This document shows positions 10,930-22,900 of a DNA stretch of 64,000 nucleotides, piece by piece. A model generated the notes under the pieces. The model ran no database searches and was not told the origin of the DNA. It was given only the letters and a program-made list of their open reading frames with translations. This DNA comes from Harriotta raleighana (taxonomy: Eukaryota). Numbering within the stretch: the first letter of the stretch is position 1; every line of letters starts with the position of its first letter. A program made the translations under genes and the position numbers. The stretch spans positions 2,636,073 to 2,700,072 of the forward strand of contig JBNZDD010013650.1 in the NCBI GenBank assembly GCA_050575255.1. Reading direction: 5' to 3'.

Positions 10930-12830
10930 AAACAACCTATCTCCTATATCCCATAATGTTATTTCCGAAAACAAAACTATCTAATCCGTGTTTGAAAGAA
11001 TATACACTTCCTGCTTCAACCATCTGCCTGGGGAGTCTGTTCCACAGGTTCACTATTTGCTCATTGAAGTGGTGTTTGCATAGATTTGTTCTGGATTTCC
11101 CACTTCAATCGTAGGCCGTGTCCTTTGGTTTGACTATTCTGGATAACTTGAAACAGACTGTCATGATCTATATTGTCTTCCCCCTTCAGAATCTTAAAGG
11201 CAGTAATCATTTCGCCTCTCAATCTTCTCTTTTCCAGCGTGAACAATCCCAATTTACTTAGTCCCTCCTCATAATCCAGTACCTCCATGCCCTCATTTTG
11301 GTTGCCCTCCTCTGTATCTTCTTTATTTCTCCAATATCCCTTTATACTGCGGTGACTAGAACTGTGCACAGCATCCTAAGTAAGAGCTTGCCAACGATTT
11401 ATACAGTGTTTGTGCCTCCTAGTTTCACAATACTGTATTTATAAAAAATATTTAATAAAAGAGGTCCCAAAACAGACCCTTGTGGAACTCCAATGGTAAC
11501 ATTGTCCCAGTCTGATTACAGATCCCTGTACCACAAATCTCTGGGTTCTTCCAGTCAACTAGTTGCGTATCTATTGTAATATACCTCCACTGATTCCTGC
11601 TTTCTTTACTTTCAGTACTAGTCTCTCAAGAGGAACTGTATCAAAGGCCTTACTGAAATCCAGATACACATCTACAGCCTTACCCTTATCAAGCTCCCTT
11701 GTTACACTGTCAAAAAAACAGTAAATTAGATTGGCAACACTTCCCCTTCATGAACCTATGTTTGCTAACATGTATGATTTTATTTCTGTCCAGATGCTCC
11801 ATGATTTTATCCTTAATAGGAATCTTCATTATGGGACGTCCTCCCGACGTGAAGGTCACGTGACCCCCTGACCCCTAGTGAAAGCTGCTCTATCAATGTA
11901 ATTTTGTTGTTGTTGTCAAACTTACTGGTCTGTAGATTCCTGGGTCACTTTTGTTACTTTTATTAAAACTAGGAGTAACATCTGTCTTTCTGCAGTCCCC
12001 TGCCACCTCTCCAGTATTCAGTGTTTTTTGAACGATTTGTGCCAGAGTTTCTGCGACTTCCTCCTTTAGGTCCTTAAGGATCCTCGGATGCAATTTATCC
12101 GGCCCCCGAGATTTATCTATCTCAAGTTTGCACAGCTGGTGGAAATATGACTTTATTACAACTTTCTTCTATGTCATCCTTCAGTTCTTTTTACCCATCT
12201 CCTCTTTGGTGAAGACTGATGCAAAAAAATTATTTAACACTATTGCAGCCTGTGCAGCATTATTGTCATGTTCTCTCCTGAATCCACCTACAGTGGCCCT
12301 TTTCCTTTGCTTGTTTTTCTTTTATTGTTAATGTAACTTAAACACTTTTTTGTTACTATCCTTTACATCTTTTGCAACGTTCAATTCAAAGCTTTCCTTT
12401 GCCATTCTGATGTCTTTTTTTCAGTTCTGGCATGCCTCTGGTATTGAATGTGTCTTAATTCTGTGCCATTTTCCTTCATTGCCTTAAATGACTTTTTTTT
12501 CATCCTTTTTCCTGATTTGCTTTGTTGCCTTGGCCAACTAGGCAGCACTGCATTTAAGCTTGTTACCTTTGCTTTCCATGGGTACACATTGTCCCATTGC
12601 CTTCATAATCATCTCCTTGAAGGAACTCCATAGGTCCTCCACTCTCATTGCATATTTAAACCTGCCAGGCTTACCCCAACTAGTCTTCTCAAGACAGTCA
12701 GTCCTCTTGAAATTAGGCAGTTTTTCTCCTTTGCATTTTTACATCCTCACCAATTATTGTGATGCCAAATGTGACTGCATTGCGATCGTTGTTGCCTAAT
12801 GCTTTTCCCACATTTGTGTTGGAGCTATAG
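10930..12830 (-). mobile_element. Degraded CR1 LINE ORF2 (RT) fragment, ~1.9 kb
   Basis: Minus-strand peptides HPRILKDLKEEVAETL...YRPVSLT and GLFTLEKRRLRGEMITAFKIL, with frameshifts and stops. Confidence 0.9.
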
Positions 12831-12999
12831 ATGTTCAATACTTACTCATAACCTGCATTGTGTAAAATGTTAAATTCTAGGGAAAGTTGCAACGGGGGAA
12901 CAAATAAGCATGGGAGGGGGAGGCTTTTAAGGACCAACAGTAAGTGGGTAGGCAGGACAAGGAAGGGAAAGCAGAAACTGTGGTAGAGGACAGGAGATG

Positions 13000-14540
13000 A
13001 TGGGTTGAGGAAGTGGCAGATGAAATTTAATGTGGAGAAATGCAAGTGATATATTTTGGAAGAATGAGGAGAGGCAATATACGTGATATATGAATGAGGA
13101 AAAGTACCAGCATCCCAAAAAAGAGGTGGATGAGCAAACGACACCCTACGAGGAACGAACGCAAGAGCTGATCGATGGCTTGGTTCCCGCCTTTTTGAAG
13201 ATGATCCAGGCGGGCGGTGAGGACAGGGAGCGGTTGCTGGACTGTTGTTAATTGTTGTTGTTGCTTTTTCTATTGTTATTGTTGCTTTTTTATTTATTAT
13301 TTTCGATGTTGTTTGTTGTTACTGTTTAATCCCCCCCGTCCCGACCTTTCCCCCTTCTTTTCCCCCTCTTCCTTTCCCCCCTCTTCCCTCCATTCCTCCC
13401 TGATTTTGCCTACCACTCACCATTCCCTCCTTTTTCCCCCTTGCCACCATTTCTCCCCTCCTTGTCCTCCCTGATTTCCCCCTTGTCCCCCTTTCTCCCA
13501 TTTTCCTCCCTGATTTTACCCCACCCGCTTTTCCCTCCATCTCCCCCCTTGCCATCTTTTTCCCCTTTCTCCCCCGGCCCCATTTCCGTGTGTGTTTCCA
13601 TGTGTGGGACACTGCTGTGCACAATTTAGCTGCTGCATTTCGCTCCCAAATATATACCTGGTTTTCCTGCTCGCTTCCCCCTACCCAGACCCCTCCCCTT
13701 ACCCTTTTTCCCTCTTTCATCTCTGGCCCCCTCACTTCCACGACTGTTTGTGGGACACTGCTGTGCGCAATTTGGCTGCCTCATTTTGCCCACAAATATA
13801 CAGTCAATTTTCCTACTCCTTCCCATTACCGTGACCCCTCCCCCGCTGCTCTGGCCCCTACCCTTTTCCCCCCTTACTTCTCCCTACCCCTCGCCCCCCC
13901 TCCCTGTTCTGGTCCCTACTTTGGGATGTTGTCGTATTCTGTAGTGCCTTGGGACATCGATAAGATGTGGAAAGCGCTACATAAATCTAAGGATTATTAT
14001 TATTATTATTATGGTATGGTACAATCTTAAAGGAGGTGAAGGAGCAGAGAGGCTGGCTATAAAGGCATTGGACAGATAGGATGCAAATGAGGTTTACCAG
14101 GATGGTACCAGGAATTAAGGACTTTAGTTATCAACACAGGTTAGAGAAGCTAGGATTATTCTCCTTAGAGCAGAGAAGGTCAAAAGACTTAATAAAAGTC
14201 TCTAATTATCAGGAGAGAGTCAATAAGGTAAACAAGGAGAAACTATTTCCACTGGGAGTAAGTTGATAACCTGAGGACTCCAAAATAATTGTTAAAAGAG
14301 ACAGGGAAAGGAGAAATTTTTCCAAGCAGTGAGTTGTTCGGATCTCAAATGCATTGCCTGAAAGTGTGATGGAAGCCAATTTGATAACAACTTTCACGAG
14401 AGAAGTAGATAATTATTACAAGTTTGCAGAACTATGGAGAGAGAACAGCGGAGTGGGATTGATTTGGACAGCTCTTTTCAAAAAGAACTGGCACAAACAT
14501 AGTAGGTCAAGTGGCCTCCTTCTGTGCTGTTTAATTCGAT
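13000..14540 (+). mobile_element. CR1 3' fragment interrupted by a younger retroposon (13083-14011)
   Basis: WQMKFNVEKCK on the left side; GTILK...RFTRMVPG...RLEKLGLFSLEQRR on the right side. Confidence 0.8.
13083..14011 (+). mobile_element. Unclassified retroposon: short coding stretch + polypyrimidine tract + duplicated Deu domain + L2-type tail
   Basis: Two gggacactgctgtgc.caattt.gctgc blocks (~13605 and ~13752) and a tail ending (att)n. Shorter relatives at 19902-20212 (+) and 60442-60745 (-). Confidence 0.7.
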
Positions 14541-14679
14541 GAATTCCACATGGGGCAAACAGCTAGTCGTGTGTGGGGTGGGAGGGGGGTTGAGAAGAGG
14601 GGAGGAAATGTGTGAGAAAATATGACATGCATAAAATAATTCACTACAACACAACCACGAGAGAAATCAGTGAATAAAC

Positions 14680-17600
14680 CGCTTAAGAAGTCATCAGTTT
14701 ATTTAGTAGACAATCATTTTATTTTGATAAACTTGCTCAATAACAAAAATACAAGTGAAGGAAAATTATGTTCTCTTTGTACAGATGTATTAACAATTCC
14801 TCTTCTGAAATTATTGGTTTAAAAACTGCCAGAACCAATTATAAAATACTGATAATATAACTTTGGATATTGTACAGGCCGTTTGCACATATCCCTAAAA
14901 ATCCCTTTTGCAACTTTATATTAGAAGCTACCAGATCTCATTTGGCGAGGCTTCGAGCGATCCTTCATGGTTACGTCCTTCAGACATGATTACATACAAT
15001 TGACAGATGAGTGGAAGTGAATGGAAACATCCATATTGACATTAACAAATTATACAACAACCAAGAGAGACATCATTGAACAAACTGCATGACATTAGTG
15101 TTGAACACTAGGTGTGTCGGCAGTGTAAGCAAAAGATTGTAGAGCACAGGAATTTTACAAGCAAAATCCTGCTCAAAAATCTTCACTTTTCTACAATATG
15201 CTTTTTAAAAAAAAAACATCAATGATGATTGTTGTGATAATAACCTCAATCTCTTCAGAAAACCATCATTGGTTATTTTAAATCCTTCCTGAGGGGAACC
15301 TGCAGTAGATTAAATGGCAATTCAAACAATAAGGGGCTGTTTTGTCAGAATTATTGGGAGTGAACTGCAGAGCACAAAGTTCGAAGACTTTAAGCCCCAA
15401 AATGAGATATGTAGCAAAAGGGTGGCGTTGCACTATCCTGATTACGTTATCCAAATGGCTTTGGAATAAGATTATTTTGGTCTTTAGCGATGGCTGTTTC
15501 AGGTTTGGAACGGCATCATAATGCTTTCTCAGGTTGGGGACATTACATATAATCATATAATGGTCAGTGGGTCCTATCAGTTCACTAACTATTAAACAGT
15601 GGATGGTGTTCCATTGCCTCAAAAAACTTATTTTTTTAATTAAAAAAACTTCAATGTCACAAAGGGTTTTGTGATTTGTTAGTTAGTGTAAACTGATAGT
15701 TGCATGTGTTTTAAGGCTTATGAATGAGCTTTTAGAGTTCTCAAAGTATATTTATTGTCTTTCTAAAATGTTAAACCTACTTGAAAATGTAACTGGCTGG
15801 AGCAGCATTCCTTCCTATAGAATGTAAACAAATATTTAGTGAAAAGAAAAATGCAGCCCCAAAATAATCACTAGAGCTGTGATAAAGCTTTAGATTTTGG
15901 GAGGATCAAACAAGACTGTTTGATCATCTCATCATCAATTTAAAAAAATTTAAGGTTGAACCGATTTGTTAAGAGTTCAATTTCTTGTACACAGACATTA
16001 TTTAATATAAACATCACTACAAGCTTATTGTTGGCCTCGGTTGAGATAATCAAGATTCATGGCAATCACTTTAGAACTCAAGTTAGGAAGGGAGAAGGGA
16101 AACTAATTTTGTGGACTCCAAAGTCCATTTTTTGTTAAATTAAAAAGAATCTCACTCACACCTCTTTTGTGCAAAAAGCAGCATGTGATCTGAACTATGT
16201 GGACAAGAAGTCAAAGTGCTATTTGTGCATAACACCCAATGCAATGGCCATGCGTTTGCTGAACTTGTATGTAACATACAGCAAGCAGCTTTCTATTCAG
16301 GAGAGGGACAAGTATTGAGAGCATTTGAAGCAAATAAATAGAGGTTGGAGAGAGACTATTTTAGTTTAGTGTCAGGCAATATGTTGTACGTAGAACTATT
16401 AAAACAACATGAGACCCATTGGTCCTTGTGTGCTTGTTCTGAGCAGAGCTGTGCATATTAAAGTGTGAGTTCGTTGCATGCAGAGAAATTGATCTGACAA
16501 ACATTAACTTGAGGGGGAAATAAGTTAAGCTATTTTTAGTTCAAGGAAATTAAAATTTAATGACCAATCTGTTGGGTCATTAAGCATAAAAGTCACTTAC
16601 TTTTATGCACATATATGCTCAGCTGACAATTCTCCAGCAGCACATCGCTTGGTGCATAGTCATGTAGAATAAATCTGTTACTTTGAGAGTGAAGGACATA
16701 ACCCAGAATCCCTTGATTTAATCTACATTTAAAATCCAGTTATAATTCTGATTGTGACGATCTTCCTAAAATACAGCATTGTAGACTATTAGGTCTTACA
16801 TAGAAAAGTTTAGATGAGTTTCTACTGCCTAGCAGGATTTGAGAGTTCAGGGAGCAAACAAGTACTGACCCATGACCTTTTTTTTAAAAAAAATAGAATT
16901 ATGAGGTATTACATTTCCTTAATAAAAACGCAAAATGATTTCTAACTGGATTAGTTTCCTTTACACTTTTTTGTTGCCGAAATAAAAACACTGCTGGTCA
17001 ATGGAAACGGCTTGTGCTGTTACAGAAACATTTTGTACATGTCCATTTGATGCCACAAACTCCACGCCTGGTTACAAGTCTCTTTTCTTTTGGTAAATGT
17101 CGACACCTCAACAAATGTTTGAATGTGGAAGAAATTATGACCTATTAATTTTGCAACTCATTTACAATAGTCCAACACCATCTTTGAGACATATCCTGGG
17201 ACAGACTAGGAGCAAAACATTATCAGTCCAGCCCAAACCGGCCCTTTTAAAATAAAAATAACAGATTGGCACTGGTATCAAAAAAGCATTGAGAAAATAG
17301 AGAGAAAATATAGGAGCTGGAACCTGCTGTGACCTTCTAGGAGGACATGCGGCTCAATGCCAGTGATCCCCGTCTCCATTTGCCCCCGGCTTCGTGCAGG
17401 ATTTGTTATCCATTAAGCTCAGAATTCAAACAATTTTCAAGCAAGTTGATTGATGGAACCAAGAAGAAAATATGATTAGAATCGTTGCAAATCTGCATGG
17501 TTTTCTTAAGAGGCAGTTACACATAGCTTATAGAATGTATGTCTGATCAGAGAGCGAACCCAACCCCTGCAACATGAACATTGAACCTTTTTACAGATGT

Positions 17601-19023
17601 CCAGCATCACACCAAATAAACCCAAACCGTCGCCTGGACCTCAGCATGGGACTAACTAATCTAAACAAGCAGTTTATGTGATTACATCTATCCTGAAGTG
17701 TAAAAACAGACTGGCCAGCTTTCACAGTTAGTGGCATCCTTAATATACGTCTGATTGCCCAGGACAGCTAAGCACAAACTAGGCAATTGGAACGATTGCA
17801 GATGGTGAATATGGTCTACTTACAAATCTACACAGATACATATGAGTAGCATTAGTGTTACAAGGGGATGACTGAACCACCATTGCCAGGACAGCAGTTA
17901 GGTACGGTAATATAAGCAACTTTAAGCAGTGGAGTGATTAAACGATATGTCACAATCCCATTTTGTTTCTTCCTCATATACAAATAATTTAATAATAAAG
18001 ATAAACTTTTTTTTTTAGCTCATCTTACTCAACCTTTAAAAAAACATTGCACCCAGTATGAGACAGACACAGCGGCGGGTGGCTGTGGTATCCTGTAGAG
18101 TTGGCGGTTCGGCTGCTACAGAATGGAAGTAAAACACAAAGAATGAGGTAACTGAGGACTTTCCCACTGAAATTTAGATGGCTATTCTAATGATTTCTGC
18201 CTCACATACTGGCGTTTCCAGTAAAAGCAAATGAACTTCTCCCTAGCTGCATATACATTATACTTAATCAGCCAAAAAAATAAAATAAAGGAAGGGATTT
18301 TTCTTCTAAATATTACTTAAAATTAATATATTTGGCTTTAATATCCAGCAGGAATACATTTCCATATTTGCTTTGTACAGAATAGAAAGCAATCTTTGAT
18401 CTGCAGGCTGCCTAATGCGTTGCCACTGGTAGTTCATTCTTACTCCAAGCCTCAGATCAAGTCAGTTTTGGTATCACTTGAGTTAAGTTGTTAAAAGTAG
18501 TGTTAAGGTGTTCTCAGTTTCAAAAGCTCCACCATTGATTGAGAGGTTGCAACATGCTTTACTCACAGTGAGGCCAGCCCCACCTGGACTTGCCCTGCTT
18601 TACCTCCAGCGCAGTACTGAATCGTTAGGGAGTGGGGGGTGGGAGGGGAACAGAAAATATGGCAAAAATAAGCGCTTGGCTTGTTAAATCTGCTGCTAAT
18701 ATGAAACCATGATAGGTATAGTATTAATAGGGTTACACACTTCTCTTCACCAAAGTGCAGTCTTCCTAGTTCCAATCACAGAACAGCTTCAAGCGCATTA
18801 GAAACAGCAGCAGTGTGCTCACGAAGTTCTGCATCTGCAGAGGCTGAGGGCATAGAGTCCTCTTCTTTGTCTCCAAAGTGCATAGTGATAAGAGATTTAA
18901 ACCATCCTTATTAGTGAAAAATTGCATCTGCAATCCTCTTCAGTCACCCATTGCAGTACGCGTCTCACTCTTATGACGAGCTTCTTTGTAACAGAAGAGC
19001 CAGTTAGGCCTTTTTAAAAAAAA
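14680..19023 (-). other. MOSMO: Probable long MOSMO 3'UTR (~4.3 kb)
   Basis: Follows the stop codon, has no recognisable TE, is AU-rich, and ends at tandem AATAAA signals with a downstream GU-rich tract. The end point is inferred. Confidence 0.7.
14698..14723 (-). terminator. Tandem polyadenylation signals (AATAAA x2) for MOSMO
   Basis: Plus-strand tttatt at 14698-14703 and 14718-14723. A GU-rich gtggttgtgttgtagtg lies downstream on the minus strand (~14642-14658). Confidence 0.6.
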
Positions 19024-19208
19024 TCAACCAGGTAAACAAACCTTCCCAGCAAAGAGGAGTCCTACGATTGTGAAGAAGATAGATAAGACGAACAGTACGT
19101 ACGATGACCCAACTTGGGTGTTGTTGGGTAACTTGTAGGGCTGTCCTCCAACTTCATTGATGTAAAATCCAATTGGAAATATGAGTGCTGCCATACAAAA
19201 TAGGATCA
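19024..19208 (-). CDS. MOSMO: MOSMO last coding exon (185 coding nt including TGA)
   Basis: Poly-T tract and ttttctgacag| acceptor. Encodes MILFCMAALIFPIGFYINEVGGQPYKLPNNTQVGSSYVLFVLSIFFTIVGLLFAGKVCLPG*, the MOSMO C-terminus. Phase matches exon 2. Confidence 0.97.
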
Positions 19209-19901
19209 CTGTCAGAAAAAGAAAAAAAAATTGTCAGATTGAAACAATAGAATTATTTAAGATTTTAAAAACATAAATGTGGTAGGAGCTTTGGTTCAAG
19301 CAAAACAGCATCAATGCATTTATGATGCAATTTGGTGAACGCATGAGAGACAAGCGAAAAGAGAGGTCTCAGAGAGGCTCGTCTGGAGTAAATACCAGCA
19401 AAGACTAGTTGGGATGAATGGCATGTTTCAGTGCTGTAGATTCTAGGATTTATTTGCCTAACAAATTTGATTACTGAAATGAAAATTGCGCATTATATAA
19501 TTTTTGTTTCAATGTGAGTTTGCACTAGAATAGGTTTCTAAATTGAGAGATATAGGGATCGCTACGGCAAGTTTCAATTGAACACATTACCAACTATTGA
19601 CCATAGAATATTATGTATGGATAGTATGGCTCAAACCTTAATGGTTTGTGAACAATATGCAACAACAACTTGCAATTACATAGCACCCTGCATGCCAATT
19701 GCATCTCAGAGATCTTGAAGCCGTTCGATAAGATTATGGCTGACCTAATCTAACTCTACCTACCCGCCTTATTCCTATATAGCTTAATCCCTTTATCTGT
19801 AAGAAATCTATCAATCTCAGTCTTGAATATGTTGAAGGGCTGAGCATCTACAACCTTTTGGGATATAAAATTCCAAACTGGAACAGTACCTTCATTAAAT
19901 T

Positions 19902-20212
19902 CTGCTGTGTGCAATTTAGCTGCCGCGTTTTCGCCCAAAAACATACAGTCGTTTTTTTCTGCTCTCCTTCCTCCTACCCATTCCTTTGCCATCTTTCTCC
20001 CCTAACCCCACTTGCATGACTGTTTATGGGACACTGCTGTGCGCAATTTGGCTGCCGCATTTCGCTACCAATTTTCAGTCAATTTTCCTACTTTCCTTCC
20101 CCCCGACCCCTTCCCTCCCCTGCTCTGATCCCTACTTGACTGTTCAGCGCCTTGGGACGTCCTCTCGATGTGAAAGGTGCTAAATAAATGTCATTTTGAT
20201 TTTGATTGATTG
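19902..20212 (+). mobile_element. 5'-truncated double-Deu retroposon copy with (GATT)n tail
   Basis: Homologous to 13605-13990; abuts a CR1 3' fragment at 19735-19880 (-). Confidence 0.75.
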
Positions 20213-22169
20213 AACTATGTGACCCGATGCCAGGATGACAGTAACTGTAGCAAGGAATCATTCATATTGCCCAGGTCACCAGGAGGACAATCAACATTGG
20301 TTGATGCCATAACTGGTATGCAACACACAAAAAGGAACTGTAATCATTGAATCAGCCTGGCCTCGGCACTGAGCTCAATTCTCCTTCTTGCTGTAAACAA
20401 ATAACAAGCATCTTCAAACTGATCCAATAACTGTCACGCTCAGATTCACTTTAATGCTAAAGTAAATGACTCATTTTTAATTTTTGCAACTCCCAGCGTT
20501 TTGTGTGTGGGGAGCAGCTGTATTTAATAGGTGACTGGCACAGCTGACTTCTATGTATTTCTTGGTCCAACAGAAAACATCATTTTATGTCTAGTAGTAC
20601 TCACACTCCACAGGTTGATGCAAGCTGTGAAACTGCAGTGTAAATTTCTGGGGCCACTGGGAACTAGTCTAAGAAAGGCCCTCAACAGCTCGAGCAGCAG
20701 TCTCAGGATAGTGAGATCTTGTGATCATGGCACAAAGCTCCTTTTCATCTGCAGTGGCTGCCAGACAGAATCTCAGGCCACACACACATAAACTGTTCTT
20801 TTTTAGAACTTCATCTCTACTGTAACTGGTCAAATGTGAAAACAAATCCGATTACTGAAGCAAAATTGGTCGCCTTGGACGCCTGCAGACTATGTTTTCA
20901 GAAAATGAAGTGGAGATAGCTGAATAGGTTTTAATGCAGAACATACAAAAGCAGAAATAGAGATAGTTCTTCAAAAATGGCAGATTAAATTTAGATTTTC
21001 TTTGCTGTATTGCAGGTTTTTATGCAGGACCTGGGTTACAGTAGGTGAACACAGCAAAATAAATATTTAAAAAGATTTATAAGAAAAGTAATTAAAAGAA
21101 TTCCAGGCTCACTGAGGGCTCAGCGAATTCATCCAGTGAGTTGCTGAACTCAGAAACTGGGGAAGGCTCTTGTTGTAATTTCCTTCTGTACTCTATTGAA
21201 TTATTATCTTAGACTATGAACAGAAGTTCCAATTTAGGACTTGAATCCATGACCTTCTGATCAATGCTACCAAATATTAATATTCCATGCATTTGGTGTA
21301 GTGGCTTTCATGTCAGGAAGATATCCTAAAGCACTTCATAGGATTTAGTGTGAAGCAGAGCAACAGTGTACTTGGAGACAAATGCAACAGCTCAATAATT
21401 TCCACAAACAGCCATGAAATAATTGACTAATTATATTTGGTAGATTATTGGCCAGGGCACCGGGAAAAATACCTTTCTCTTTTGAAATAGTGCTATGGGA
21501 TCTTTAACGACGGGCCTCGGTTTAACGTTTGATCTGAAAGATGCACATCCATCAATGGAGCACCTCCCAGCACTGCATTGGAGGGAGTATCAGGTTAGAC
21601 TATGTGAGTTGATATCCTGACTGTGGCTTAATCCCACAACCTCTGACTCAGAGGCCACAGTCCTGCCAACAGATAAGTACCAACAGATACCAAGCAAGCT
21701 CAGATAGGACAGGATTGGGCTCAGCTGTGAAGGCCTATTTATACACACATTTTATCCAATAAAAGATTGATTGGGACATGTCAGAATATTTTCAAATCAT
21801 GGCAATGTATAAGAGAATAAGTTTTGCTTCTCAATGGCAAGCCAGCCAGACGATATTAAAAAGGAACATTAGGACGCAAAGAATTGTGAGAACGTAGTAA
21901 AGCTGTAACACTTTGAAACATTTGGGAAGGGGGTGGAGAGAGAGAGGTGCGGGGTGGGGGATAGAGGGTTGGGGGGGTGTTAAGAGGAGCGGGCGGGGGT
22001 TTAGAGGGGTGGAGGTTGAGAAAGGCATGGGAAGGGAGAAAAAAACATTAGAAGAGCAAGACTCAAGTGATTTACCAGTCATCTAAAAAAATTAAAAATA
22101 CAATCAGTATCTGAGGGGATAGGCTTCAATGGCCGAGAAGGCATTTATCATTCTACATTCTACAAGCAA

Positions 22170-22900
22170 ATTAAAAATAAAAGGTTAGTCAAAGGTAGGG
22201 TGGGGCCAATTAGGGACCAAGGAGGAAATCTTAATGTGGAGGCAGAGGGCATGGCTGATGTACTGAATGAGTACTTTGAATCTGTCTTCATGAAAGAAGA
22301 TGCAACCAATGCCGCAGTACCGGAGAAGTTGGAAGAAATGGATAGGATAAGTATAAAAAGAGAGGAGGTATAAAAAAGGCGATACTAAGGATAAACTTAG
22401 TATCCTAGTTTACTAAGGAAAGTATGGGAGCAAATAGTAGAGGCTCTGGCCACAATCTTTCTTGGACACAGGGATGGTGCCAGATGACTGGAAGGTTACT
22501 AACATTACTCCCCTGTTCAAAAAGGGGCAGAGTACCTGTGAGAATGAGTAGATACTCATGATCATGAGTAGATTGGTCCGGACAGTTGTTCCCTATTTAC
22601 TCTGACAGAGTAGATAGGGAAAAACTGTTTCCACTGGTGGGTGTATCAGTGACTCGTGGTCACAGATTTCAAATTCAGATTTCAAAAAGAAGCAGCGGGG
22701 AGGTGAGAAGAAATGTTTTCGCTCAGCGAGTTGTTCGAATCTGGAAAGCATTGCCTGAAAAGGTGGTGGAGGTCAATTCGATAACAACTTTTAAAAGAGA
22801 GGTAGACATTTATTAGGGGAGGAAGGGTTTGCGAGTTTATGGGGAAAGATCTGGGGAGTTGGATTAAATTGCTCTTTTTAAAGAGCCAGCACAAACTCTA
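22170..22900 (+). mobile_element. CR1 ORF2 fragments (internally deleted) and 3' end
   Basis: VDREKLFPLVGVSVTRGH...RRNVFAQRVVRIWKALPEKVV. Confidence 0.85.

Noticed and set aside
13217-14030. Gly/Pro/Arg-rich ORFs on both strands
   Set aside because: They arise from low-complexity polypyrimidine tracts and repeat sequence.
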